From a virus, in IMG/VR virus record IMGVR_UViG_3300028654_000009: a stretch of DNA of 64,000 bases; one strand, written 5' to 3'. The notes beneath the pieces were generated by a model that worked only from the letters and a program-made list of their open reading frames with translations, did no database searches and had not been told where the DNA came from. A program made the position numbers and the translations under genes. This document shows, one piece after another, positions 55,165 through 64,000 of this stretch. Position 1 is the first letter of the stretch; each line of letters begins with the position of its first letter.

Positions 55165-56307
55165 ATGGCTAACAAGTGGGTTAAGCAGTTGCGCCAGCTC
55201 GAAGGCGCAGTGACACATTACCGGGACCCGTACGCTTCTGTGATTCGGAGTCCAAGCCCGTCTGTAAACTGGCTCTTTGCCAACACGCACGGACTGCCAC
55301 GCGGTTACTCGATGCTTCTTTGGGGCGAGCCCAAGGCTGGAAAGTCCCTGTTGTCGAATTCAATGACGGGACAGCTCATGCGCGACGACCCAGAGGCCAT
55401 CGTGGTGAAGATCGACACCGAGTTCCGAGACGGAGGTCAGGTCACCACGCAAGTGGCGAAGGGGTTTGGAATTGACCTTGACCGTTATGTCGTCATTGAG
55501 GCGAACGACCCGAGCCACGTGTTCGACCAAATTAAGGATCAAATCGGTCCTATGGTCGAAGCCGGGGCTCCCATCGGGATGATTATCATCGACTCAATCA
55601 CAGGTGTGCAAGGGCGGCAGGAAGCGGTTAGCGTTAAGGGTATCCAGGGGCGGACTTTCGGTGACCACGCTCAAACGGTCCAGATTGGCCTGAAGAGCAT
55701 CCTTCCTATCCAGCGGAAGGGCAAAATCTCACTGGTCGTTTGTGCCCATGCCCGTGCCGAGATGGACCAGGCGGAAATCATGCGAGGGAACAAGACCAAG
55801 GCTGCGGCCTCGTTCGGTGTTCTTCATCACTGCGAATACTTCATCCACGTAGAGCGCAACAAGACGAAGGCCGGGCGTACTGCGGAGGACGGGACCGAGT
55901 TTATCGACGAGTCGAAGCAGGACATGGCCGACACGGGCGAGAAGACGGGCCACAAGATTCGCGTGTGGATGCAGAATTCGTCGATGGGCGGGACCGACCG
56001 TGTCGGGGAATTCACGGTTGATTACAAGCGCGGCATTATCAATCAGCACGAAGAGTTGTTCAAGCTAGGGTACCGCCAGCATATCATTGAGCGTCCGAAC
56101 CTGAAGACGTACGTTATCAATGGCAAATCTTTCAACGGAAAGGTTGCATGTTTGTCCGGAATACGCGATACTCCAGAGCTGCAGGAGTTCATCAAGAACG
56201 CTTTGTTGCTGGCCGAGAAGGAAGACCGCGTGTTGGTCAAATCGGCCCCTGAAGCTCTTGCAGAAGGAGAGAAAGATGAATCCGAGACTGAGGACACCAA
56301 CGAGTAA
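55165..56307 (+). CDS. recA: RecA/UvsX recombinase
   Basis: GLPRG...GEPKAGKS, IDTE, IIIDS. Confidence 0.85.
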   Translation: MANKWVKQLRQLEGAVTHYRDPYASVIRSPSPSVNWLFANTHGLPRGYSMLLWGEPKAGKSLLSNSMTGQLMRDDPEAIVVKIDTEFRDGGQVTTQVAKGFGIDLDRYVVIEANDPSHVFDQIKDQIGPMVEAGAPIGMIIIDSITGVQGRQEAVSVKGIQGRTFGDHAQTVQIGLKSILPIQRKGKISLVVCAHARAEMDQAEIMRGNKTKAAASFGVLHHCEYFIHVERNKTKAGRTAEDGTEFIDESKQDMADTGEKTGHKIRVWMQNSSMGGTDRVGEFTVDYKRGIINQHEELFKLGYRQHIIERPNLKTYVINGKSFNGKVACLSGIRDTPELQEFIKNALLLAEKEDRVLVKSAPEALAEGEKDESETEDTNE

Positions 56308-56596
56308 CAAGCAGGCGCTGCAAGATATACCTTCTGGGGTGCCGTTCCAGTTCTATTTTGGGGGACCAGAAGTGTTCGAAGCTCTGGACCAATACCGAGA
56401 GGCCTCGAAAGGGGCCGTCTTCAGAGCGTACAAGCAGGTCGGCGTGTTTGATAGCGACGGTGAAATATGGGCCGTAAACCCATTGGTAGCTAACCGGTTC
56501 GAGCGTCCCGGGCGAGAAGTGATTGTTCTCGAAAAGGACGAGTACGGTAACCCGATGGAGGTGGAGGTCCCGAAGGCGTCGAAAGTCTCTCGATGA
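56276..56596 (+). CDS. Hypothetical protein
   Basis: Start re-called to ATG 56276 after AAGGAG. Confidence 0.6.
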   Translation: MNPRLRTPTSNKQALQDIPSGVPFQFYFGGPEVFEALDQYREASKGAVFRAYKQVGVFDSDGEIWAVNPLVANRFERPGREVIVLEKDEYGNPMEVEVPKASKVSR

Positions 56597-57564
56597 TTCG
56601 CAGAGAGATTGACCCGGAACGGTTGTTTGATTGGCTGAAGAATTCTTCAATCGAGCATCGGACGATTGCAAAATCGTTCGTGTTCAAGTGCCCTCGGTGT
56701 CACCGCGACACGGTCTACATGTATCGCCAGAGCGGGTACTTCACCTGTCAAGCCTGCACCGACCAGGGGAAGCCGTTTCGGGGGGCACCGGAATTCTTGT
56801 TTCGGGAGCTGGTGGCCCTGACCCTTCAGGACCTACGCGAGCTTTTGTATGATAGCCCAGACGCCGCTATCAAGCTCGAAGCCAGCCTAATCGACGACCA
56901 GGACGAAGAAGACGAGGTGGGTGAGGCCTTACCCCTGGAAGAATCGTGGCCGCTTCACTGTGTTGAGCTAATAGAGAAAGAGGCTGCCCCTGGGGTGGAG
57001 TATCTCGCTTCGCGCGGAATCCCAATTGAACTGGCGGAGGCGTATCAGATTCGGTACTCGTTCAAGGAGCGTTCGATTGCCTTCCCGATGTTGGTCTCGG
57101 GAAAGCTGTATGGGTGGCAGTACCGAATCATTGGTAGTCCTTCCAAGTTTAGACCGAAGTCGAAAAACAGTGACGGACTCCCCCGGCACAGATTTGTTTT
57201 GTTCGGGGACCTGCTTCGCGGCTGCGAACGTGCTATACTGTGTGAGGGTCCTGTGGACGCCATCAAAGCGGGGCCTGGTGGGGTTTGCACCATGGGGAAG
57301 ATGGTGAGCCAGCAGCAGGTGGACCAGGTGCTGTCGTGGGGCGTCAAGGAGGTGTGTGTTGCACTGGACCCTGATGCGGCGTCGGATGTCGGGGCTCTGA
57401 TATCGAAATTGAAAGGGGTGCGGGTGACGAAGGTGGAGCTGCCTTCCCGTGCAGACGGAGAGAAAGCTGACCTAGGAGCGCTATCGTTCGAGGAAGCACG
57501 TAATTCCGTGCGAGCAGCCAAGCCGTGGAATCTAGGCATGGTCAATGTTTATCTGAAAGGCTAA
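56593..57564 (+). CDS. dnaG: DNA primase
   Basis: Zn finger CPRC/CQAC, YLASRGI, TOPRIM CEGPVDA...LDPDA. Confidence 0.9.
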   Translation: MIRREIDPERLFDWLKNSSIEHRTIAKSFVFKCPRCHRDTVYMYRQSGYFTCQACTDQGKPFRGAPEFLFRELVALTLQDLRELLYDSPDAAIKLEASLIDDQDEEDEVGEALPLEESWPLHCVELIEKEAAPGVEYLASRGIPIELAEAYQIRYSFKERSIAFPMLVSGKLYGWQYRIIGSPSKFRPKSKNSDGLPRHRFVLFGDLLRGCERAILCEGPVDAIKAGPGGVCTMGKMVSQQQVDQVLSWGVKEVCVALDPDAASDVGALISKLKGVRVTKVELPSRADGEKADLGALSFEEARNSVRAAKPWNLGMVNVYLKG

Positions 57565-59034
57565 GTGGCTGAAAAAGACAACATAGCATTCAGTGTCCGC
57601 CAGCAACAAGCTGTTTTCGGACACGCCCTCGTGGGTCCAGAGCTGTGGGACCAGTTGGAGCAGTTCGGGGTATCGAAGTCGTGGATTGCGGACGCAGCCC
57701 TGCAGGAGCTGTGGGACCACATCGCCAGGTTTCGCAAGTATTACGCCCGCCCACCAGGCCCCGAGGAGCTAGTCGAATTTGTAGCTGCCAAAGACCCAGA
57801 CCTACGGCCGGCGATGTCTCGCCAGGTTACAGCATGCATCACCTCGGCAAACGACATCGCCCTAGACATCCTGACGAAGAATCTCTCGTCCTGGGCCAAA
57901 TCACGGGTGATCGCCGACAAAATTACCAACATCGCCAAGCTGTACAATGCTGGCGAGCACGAAGCCGCAGCCAAGCTGTACGAACAGGGCTCTGTTGACC
58001 TTGAGCGTATCCGAAGCATGTCCGGGACCAAGCCAGATAAGATGGAGGACGCCATTATCCGTTTCGACGGCGAGGCAGCGCGCCGGCTAGAGGACGCAAA
58101 CAACCTGACGCCTTATGGTGTCACGTTCTTGGACGACTGTTTGGGCGGCATCATTCCCAACGATTTGGTGCTTTTCGGGGCTCGCACCTCCGTGGGGAAG
58201 ACCGAGCTGCTCAAAATCATCGCCCAGCACAACGCCAAACAGAAACGACGGGTGGCGTTTTTCGCGCTCGAAGCGGAAGAGGCTGAAATCGAGCGGCGAA
58301 TAAAATTTGGGCTACTCGGACGGCGCCTTCGAGGAGATGAACAGTCACTGGCGGGCTTCAACTATGCAGACTGGCGCATGGGGCGGTTGGAAAAGAGGCT
58401 GGCGAAGTTCTCTAAGTCAGTAGAGGAAGAGTTTCACGACACGTACAACACGCTGAAGACGTACTACCGTATCAAAAACGACTTCGGTCTCCCAGACCTC
58501 GACAGAGAGGTCTTGAAAATCTTTGACGAGACAGAGCTTATTATCATCGACCACCTCCAGTATTTTGACAGTGACGGAAAGAACGAAAACCACGACATGA
58601 AAATGCTCGTGAAAAAGCTGAGACACCTTGCCCTCGGACTCGGGAAGCCGATTCTAGCTATCTCCCATCTCCGGAAGGACTCCGGACAGACTCTCGCTCC
58701 AGGCCTAGACGACTTCCACGGCTCTTCAGACATCACGAAAATCGCGACCACAGCCATCATGCTGGCTCCAGCTTGGGGGTTTTCGGCCGGGGATATCAGA
58801 GCCAACGGCTCTCCCACTTTCATTCGGATTGTCAAAAACCGTCTTGGTTCCGATCGGGTGGCGACAACCGGCGTGGCATTTTATGACCGAGCCGAGGGTA
58901 CGTACACTCCCTATTACGCTCTAGGTAGGTTTAATGCTCATGATACCTTGTGGAAGGCTCAGAAAGAGAACTTTCCAATCTGGGCCGACGGGCACCACCT
59001 ACTCAAGAGCGCTAACGACGTCACAGAAGGATAG
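57565..59034 (+). CDS. dnaB: Replicative helicase DnaB-like
   Basis: GARTSVGKT, ALE, IIIDHLQ, GSSDI and KNR motifs. Confidence 0.9.
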   Translation: MAEKDNIAFSVRQQQAVFGHALVGPELWDQLEQFGVSKSWIADAALQELWDHIARFRKYYARPPGPEELVEFVAAKDPDLRPAMSRQVTACITSANDIALDILTKNLSSWAKSRVIADKITNIAKLYNAGEHEAAAKLYEQGSVDLERIRSMSGTKPDKMEDAIIRFDGEAARRLEDANNLTPYGVTFLDDCLGGIIPNDLVLFGARTSVGKTELLKIIAQHNAKQKRRVAFFALEAEEAEIERRIKFGLLGRRLRGDEQSLAGFNYADWRMGRLEKRLAKFSKSVEEEFHDTYNTLKTYYRIKNDFGLPDLDREVLKIFDETELIIIDHLQYFDSDGKNENHDMKMLVKKLRHLALGLGKPILAISHLRKDSGQTLAPGLDDFHGSSDITKIATTAIMLAPAWGFSAGDIRANGSPTFIRIVKNRLGSDRVATTGVAFYDRAEGTYTPYYALGRFNAHDTLWKAQKENFPIWADGHHLLKSANDVTEG

Positions 59035-59042
59035 GAGGACTT

Positions 59043-59645
59043 TTGAAGAGCGAATCAGAAGAGGCCGAGCATGATTCTCATGACACGTCACCCGTTCCCG
59101 TAGAAATAGCAGACATCGAGCTGCGCGAAATTTACGTGCTCGATAGCGTCTCGAATTCTATGGCTGTCGCCATCACAAAGAGTCTTAGGAGAATGGAGGC
59201 GGAAGACCCCGACCTCCCAATCACTATCGTAATAAACTCCTGCGGAGGCGAGGATGGGGCCGGATGGGCCATCTTCGATGCCATCCAGATGTGCACACCC
59301 TTGGTGATCGGGCATGTAATCGGGAACTGTTTTTCGATTGCAACTTTGATACTGCAGGCGTGCGACGTCAGGGCTCTTTCAAAGCATTGTCGATTTATGG
59401 TTCACTGCGGGTCGGTTAGTTACTCGGGCCCCCATCAATACATCGGCCCCTACATCAATGAGTCCAACCTGCTAAATGACCAATATTACACGACAATGGC
59501 GCAGCGAGCTAAGATGAAACCCGCCGTCTTCCGTAGGATGTGTGAAAAGGAGACGTTCCTGTCCGCCGTGGAGGCCGTGGAGGCCAATCTTGCTGACACG
59601 GTCATCCTCCCCCGCCCCCGAAAACGCCTCAAGAAAGTTGTTTAA
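59043..59645 (+). CDS. clpP: ClpP-like serine protease
   Basis: INSCGG, CFSIA, FMVH, ETFLSAVEAVEANLAD. Confidence 0.85.
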   Translation: MKSESEEAEHDSHDTSPVPVEIADIELREIYVLDSVSNSMAVAITKSLRRMEAEDPDLPITIVINSCGGEDGAGWAIFDAIQMCTPLVIGHVIGNCFSIATLILQACDVRALSKHCRFMVHCGSVSYSGPHQYIGPYINESNLLNDQYYTTMAQRAKMKPAVFRRMCEKETFLSAVEAVEANLADTVILPRPRKRLKKVV

Positions 59646-59646
59646 C

Positions 59647-60276
59647 ATGCTCAATATCAGCACCTTCACCTCCCACAAAACCGCCATCCTAATCGTTCTC
59701 GGAGTCGTGCTGGTCGCGGTCCCGAGCTTCCTTGCCGGACGGCATTTTGCTCCAGTCGATGTTCGGACTGTAGAGACCACCAAGACTATTGAGACCCGTC
59801 ACGAGCTGCAGACCATCGTTCAAAAGGTCGACATCGAGGAGTTGAAGAAGGCGATTTCGCAGATTCAGATCAAGAACAATGTCGTCACACAGCGGGTCAT
59901 CGAATACCACGCCGACGGCACCAAAGAGGTCAAGGAAACGGTAGTCAACAAGACCGAGACTGACAAGAAGACCGATACTTCTTCGGAAAAGAAGACTGAC
60001 GATCAGGCGACCACCAACACCAACGTGACAGACAACAAGCAGGTCGAGACCTCGAAGATGGTGGAGCAACTACGCAAGCCCAACTGGGGGCTGGCGGCGC
60101 AGGTGGGATTGAACCTTCTTCATCCTATCGACGGGATCGGGAACGTTATCCCCGGCGTCCCCAAGCCAATGGTTCTGCGCTTGGTGCTGGAGCGTCGATT
60201 GTTCGGTGGCCTGTATGGCCAGGCCTGGACGGACTCCCATCTTGATGCTGGCGTTGGTTTGCGTTTAGGGTGGTAA
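59647..60276 (+). CDS. Membrane-anchored protein with C-terminal amphipathic beta strands
   Basis: N-terminal TM, Thr/Lys-rich middle, ends LDAGVGLRLGW. Start re-called to ATG 59647. Confidence 0.7.
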   Translation: MLNISTFTSHKTAILIVLGVVLVAVPSFLAGRHFAPVDVRTVETTKTIETRHELQTIVQKVDIEELKKAISQIQIKNNVVTQRVIEYHADGTKEVKETVVNKTETDKKTDTSSEKKTDDQATTNTNVTDNKQVETSKMVEQLRKPNWGLAAQVGLNLLHPIDGIGNVIPGVPKPMVLRLVLERRLFGGLYGQAWTDSHLDAGVGLRLGW

Positions 60277-60525
60277 GTGACCAGGAAGTACAAATGCGTC
60301 GACATGATCGGCGCCAAACGCCACATCGTGGTGCTGACCGACGACCCTTCCACACCTGACCAGAAAGAGGCTCGCCGACAGGCGTTCCTTCAGTTGGTCT
60401 TTGTGGATGGGCTCTTCCAGGGGCTGTTGAATTGCGGGCCTTTGCCGTTTGAGACTTTGAGAATGCAGCACAACGGCCAGGCCTGGTTCGTCGAGATGGA
60501 AAATACAGAAAGGGACACACAATGA
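60277..60525 (+). CDS. Hypothetical protein
   Basis: 82 aa, coupled. Confidence 0.6.
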   Translation: MTRKYKCVDMIGAKRHIVVLTDDPSTPDQKEARRQAFLQLVFVDGLFQGLLNCGPLPFETLRMQHNGQAWFVEMENTERDTQ

Positions 60526-61082
60526 GCGATATCGTTTGCACAGCATGTACGGTCAAGACTGCCAAGAAGGCTCCTGTTTATGAGATTTACGATGCTCACG
60601 GTGTCCCCAGCACCGTTGACGAGGTTTTGTTCCACAGCCGAGAGTCGTGGGCCTCTGTGGTCCATTATTTTGGCTCCGAGCCTCCCACGAACATCTTCCT
60701 CACTCACCCTCGGGTTCCTGGGGCAAAGTTCCGGGCTTCGATTCAGACCGTAGTCGAAGAGAACGACAAGGTGTTCGACGGGACCGAGAAGCAAGCCTTG
60801 AAGGCTGGCTGGGTCGAGAATGAGTTTGGCTGGGTCTGCAAGGAGTGCGCAGGGACCGAGTTCGAAATCGGCGGTTCGGCCGATGACGAAGAAGGCAACA
60901 CCCTCAAGGCGGCCTTCGTGTCCGCGACTTCTGCCGAGCTGGTGGACGGGGAGGAACAGCTTGAGCACAGCAATGGTAAGCTCGCGGCCCCTACCGAGAA
61001 AGCAAAGAAGGAAAAAGTCAAGAAGCTGGTTGAGAAAATCGTCGAGGAAGAGCCCTCGATCGACATCGAAGAGGCGGAGTAA
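60522..61082 (+). CDS. Acidic protein with two CxxC motifs
   Basis: CTAC...CKEC. Confidence 0.65.
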   Translation: MSDIVCTACTVKTAKKAPVYEIYDAHGVPSTVDEVLFHSRESWASVVHYFGSEPPTNIFLTHPRVPGAKFRASIQTVVEENDKVFDGTEKQALKAGWVENEFGWVCKECAGTEFEIGGSADDEEGNTLKAAFVSATSAELVDGEEQLEHSNGKLAAPTEKAKKEKVKKLVEKIVEEEPSIDIEEAE

Positions 61083-61084
61083 CT

Positions 61085-61423
61085 ATGACCAGCGACCCCG
61101 ACGAGATGCTCGAAGACCTTATGCGCGACGGCGAGGTGATGATCGTTTCTATCAGTCCCTCACCAACAAACGCGGGCCTTGTCGAGGTGCAGCTGGCGGT
61201 AATCTGTAGTGACGTTTTTGCGTGGGGGTCTTCGGACTGTGAGCCGGTGTCGTTTTCCGAGCTACCAGAGGTGTATTTGGCCTGGCGCAAGGATAGGAAT
61301 TATGGCACAATGCTTTGGGCGTGCAGGAAGAGGAACCGCCGACCCCAGCAAGCGTGGGAACGAAAACTGAAGGACTCGGGGCACTGGTCTAACGAGTTTG
61401 AATCACTACCGAAAGAGGGATAG
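61085..61423 (+). CDS. Hypothetical protein
   Basis: 112 aa. Confidence 0.65.
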   Translation: MTSDPDEMLEDLMRDGEVMIVSISPSPTNAGLVEVQLAVICSDVFAWGSSDCEPVSFSELPEVYLAWRKDRNYGTMLWACRKRNRRPQQAWERKLKDSGHWSNEFESLPKEG

Positions 61424-61430
61424 GGATAAC

Positions 61431-63170
61431 ATGTTTGAGCCAAAGGGTCTGGGATTGGAGATTTTTCAGAAGCGTTATCGGGCACACCCAGACGAAACCT
61501 GGGCCATGGCCTGCAAGCGTGTCGCTGCGTTCGTGGCTTCTGCCGAGGACGGAGCTGCCCAGGTGCAGTACAGCGAGAAATTCAACTCCATCCTGGTGGA
61601 AGGCCTTTTCGCTCCTGGTGGGCGCATTATGTACGGCTCCGGGCGCCCCCGAGGTCAGCTATTGAACTGTTTCGTCATCCCTACGGCTGATAGCCGCGAA
61701 GGGTGGGGGCGCCATCTGTCGGACACGGTGATTATTTCTGGCACGGGCGGAGGAATCGGCACGAATTTCTCTCCGATTCGACCCAAGGGCGCTCCCATTC
61801 ATGGGACCGGCGGCTACGCCACAGGCCCCGTAAGCTCTATGCGCATGCAAAACGCTGCCGGCGAGGAAATCAAGGCCGGTGGTGGGCGCCGAACAGCTCT
61901 CATGAGCGCATTGGAGCACGACCACCCAAGCATTTTTGAGTTCCTGGACGCAAAACTCGACCTCGGTCAGCTCAACAACGCCAACGTGTCAGTGATTTTC
62001 GACAAAGACCCAGAGCTTTTCTTCGCAGCGGTAACGAATGACGAAAAGGTTCCCTTGACGTTTGGCGGGCGCGTGATTGCGGAGGTTCCGGCCCGCGAAA
62101 TTTGGGACAAAATCGTCAAGAACGCACTGAAGTGTGGTGAGCCTGGCGTTCTCAATGGCTATCTGGCCAACAAAACCAACAATGCGTGGTATTCGGACAA
62201 GCTTGTGTGTACGAACCCTTGCGGTGAAATCTGGCTCGCCCCGTACGATTGCTGCTGTCTGGGGGCGTTGGTGCTCCCCCGCTTTGTTCACTCCGGAGGG
62301 GTCGATTACGCGGCCCTGGGCGAGGTGGTGAACACCGCCGTTCGTTTTCTGGACAACGTCCTGACCGTCAATACGTACCCGCTGTCCGAAATCAAGGAGC
62401 AGTGTTCGTCTCTTCGACGGATCGGGCTCGGCGTGATGGGGCTCCACGACATGCTCCTGATGCTCGGCCTCAAGTACAACACCGACAAGGCCCTAGAGCT
62501 GGTCGATAAGGTGATGGGGTTCATCAAGAACAGAGCTTACGAGGCCTCGATCGACTTGGCCAAAGAGAAGGGGTCGTTCCCGAAGTTCAATCCCGAGCTG
62601 TTTTTGCGTTCTGGCTTTGCCAAGACCCTGAAGCCCTCCGTTCGCTCGAAGATTCGAGAGTTCGGGATCAGGAACGTGGCCCTGTTGACGGTGGCCCCTA
62701 CTGGAACCACCTCGATGGTCCAAGGGGTGACTTCAGGGATTGAGCCAATGTTTGCGCCCGCCTATCGTCGCAAGTTCCGAGATACGGACAACACCCTCAA
62801 GGAGGAGATCGTGATCCATCCCCTCTTGCGGGAGTACATCGAGGCCGGCCGAAGCGTCAAGCATTTTCAGGGCGCCCACGAGCTGAAGCTGCGCGAACAC
62901 TGCGAGATGCAGCGGGTGGTCCAAAAGCACCTTGACAACGCCTGCTCGAAGACAATCAACTTGCCCCCGGGCACGACCGCAGAGGAGCTGTCCGAGCTGT
63001 ATATGGAATTCCTGCCAGACCTGAAGGGAATAACCGTCTATCCGGACGGGAGCAGAGAGGACCAGCCCTTGACCCCGATTTCCCTTGAGGACGCAATCAA
63101 GCATGCCAAGAATGCGGTGGAAGCTGACATCGAGGGCGGGCGGTGCAAGTCTGGGGTTTGCGAGATTTAA
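61431..63170 (+). CDS. nrdJ: Class II (adenosylcobalamin-dependent) ribonucleotide reductase
   Basis: PGGRI, LNCF, TNPCGEI, APTGT, SKTINL, C-terminal CKSGVC. No ATP cone and no adjacent NrdB. Confidence 0.85.
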   Translation: MFEPKGLGLEIFQKRYRAHPDETWAMACKRVAAFVASAEDGAAQVQYSEKFNSILVEGLFAPGGRIMYGSGRPRGQLLNCFVIPTADSREGWGRHLSDTVIISGTGGGIGTNFSPIRPKGAPIHGTGGYATGPVSSMRMQNAAGEEIKAGGGRRTALMSALEHDHPSIFEFLDAKLDLGQLNNANVSVIFDKDPELFFAAVTNDEKVPLTFGGRVIAEVPAREIWDKIVKNALKCGEPGVLNGYLANKTNNAWYSDKLVCTNPCGEIWLAPYDCCCLGALVLPRFVHSGGVDYAALGEVVNTAVRFLDNVLTVNTYPLSEIKEQCSSLRRIGLGVMGLHDMLLMLGLKYNTDKALELVDKVMGFIKNRAYEASIDLAKEKGSFPKFNPELFLRSGFAKTLKPSVRSKIREFGIRNVALLTVAPTGTTSMVQGVTSGIEPMFAPAYRRKFRDTDNTLKEEIVIHPLLREYIEAGRSVKHFQGAHELKLREHCEMQRVVQKHLDNACSKTINLPPGTTAEELSELYMEFLPDLKGITVYPDGSREDQPLTPISLEDAIKHAKNAVEADIEGGRCKSGVCEI

Positions 63171-63172
63171 GC

Positions 63173-63200
63173 TTGACATCCCGGCGGGATGCGGTATTGT
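63173..63200 (+). promoter_or_regulatory. Promoter TTGACA-N16-TATTGT, leaderless
   Basis: ATG 63207 is 6 nt after the -10. Confidence 0.8.
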
Positions 63201-63206
63201 CTTCCC

Positions 63207-64000
63207 ATGACACCCGAGAGACCCGAGCTGGAAGTCCAGAAGTTCCTCCGCAAGAACCATAACCGAGACGGGCTTAACGCCCTGCATGAAACGTACGCAA
63301 TCGATTTCAAGCGGCACAACGAGCACCCGAACCTGGTGCTGCTGAAGTACAACATGATCGATTCCCCCATGGGGGAGAAGATCGTCCAGGAGTGTCGCGG
63401 GCTGATTCTCGACTCCGAAAACAACTGGGAGGTCGTGGCCTTCCCGTTCGAGAAGTTCTTCAATCTGGGAGAGTCTCACGCCGCCAAAATCGATTGGTCT
63501 CAGGCCGTGGCCGAGGAGAAGGTGGATGGCTCCATCATCACGCTGTACCACTACGCCGGCAAGTGGCATGTGTCGACGTCTGGCGTGCCGGACGCTTTGT
63601 GTTCTCCCGCCCTGGACTACCTGACGTTTGCCGAGTTGTTTTGGGCGTCCCTGCAGAACGGACCTATCGCACGCGAAGAATTTTGCGAAAAGCTGTGTGA
63701 AAATTACACGTACGTCTTCGAGCTGACAACCCCCTACAATCGAGTGGTAGTGCGTCATGCTGACAGCAGAGTCACTCTTCTGGGGGTTAGGAACCGAATT
63801 AACTTCCATGAGGAGCCCCTGATCGATATGGGCTCCATCGGAGCCTGGGCGCTCGGCGTAGAGAGAGTCAAGCAGCCCGAGCGGCTTAGCGCTTTCCGTG
63901 GTCCAGAAGACGTGGTAGCGTACGTCCGGAATATGAACCAAGGGGCCGAGCTGACCGACGAGGGCTTCGTGGTTGTGGATTACAGCCGCAGGAACGCCAC
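63207..64000 (+). CDS. T4 Rnl1-like RNA ligase, partial
   Basis: Not in ORF track (no stop within the window). MTPERPELEV...ECRGLIL...FEKFFN...EKVDGS...FEL...EGFVV. Confidence 0.9.
   Translation, partial: MTPERPELEVQKFLRKNHNRDGLNALHETYAIDFKRHNEHPNLVLLKYNMIDSPMGEKIVQECRGLILDSENNWEVVAFPFEKFFNLGESHAAKIDWSQAVAEEKVDGSIITLYHYAGKWHVSTSGVPDALCSPALDYLTFAELFWASLQNGPIAREEFCEKLCENYTYVFELTTPYNRVVVRHADSRVTLLGVRNRINFHEEPLIDMGSIGAWALGVERVKQPERLSAFRGPEDVVAYVRNMNQGAELTDEGFVVVDYSRRNA

Noticed and set aside
59043-59645. ClpP as the prohead protease
   Set aside because: It lies in the replication arm; a proper maturation protease sits in the head module.
1-64000. Stop-codon reassignment, tRNA genes or prophage integration signals
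   Set aside because: Core genes are full length in the standard code with all three stops used. No cloverleaf, integrase or host genes were recognised by eye; tRNAscan was not run.

Overview
The whole window is a gene-dense segment of a large lytic dsDNA tailed phage. It has SPO1/Twort-type head genes and is moderately GC-rich. No host genes, integrase, tRNA or CRISPR array were seen, and the host cannot be assigned. The minus-strand arm (about 1-37.9 kb) encodes a replication-initiator-like protein, an SF2 helicase, a region-4-truncated sigma factor, a GroES-like protein, SbcD, terminase, portal, MuF, prohead protease, scaffold, major capsid, neck proteins and a set of putative internal head proteins. 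Small plus-strand early cassettes interrupt this arm. The plus-strand arm (38.3-64 kb) encodes GroEL, SbcC, HNH and Endo VII nucleases, a T5 A1-like nuclease, a split DnaE, SSB, RecA, primase, DnaB, ClpP, a class II RNR and an RNA ligase. Five features stand out. (1) An apparent capsid-packaged, protease-processed effector system: the prohead protease is fused to an HhH DNA glycosylase and a GGDEF diguanylate cyclase, and a 1344-aa protein strings together Nudix, two ART-like and two kinase domains. The domains are separated by the same hydrophobic-x-K-[AS] motif found at the predicted capsid maturation site. (2) A DnaE split at a catalytically dead intein-like module, with a second intact intein-like insert in its PHP domain. 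(3) Systematic leaderless transcription from sigma70-type promoters. (4) A candidate AATCT late promoter. (5) A possibly split sigma factor. All functional calls come from motif recognition by eye; no database searches were run.
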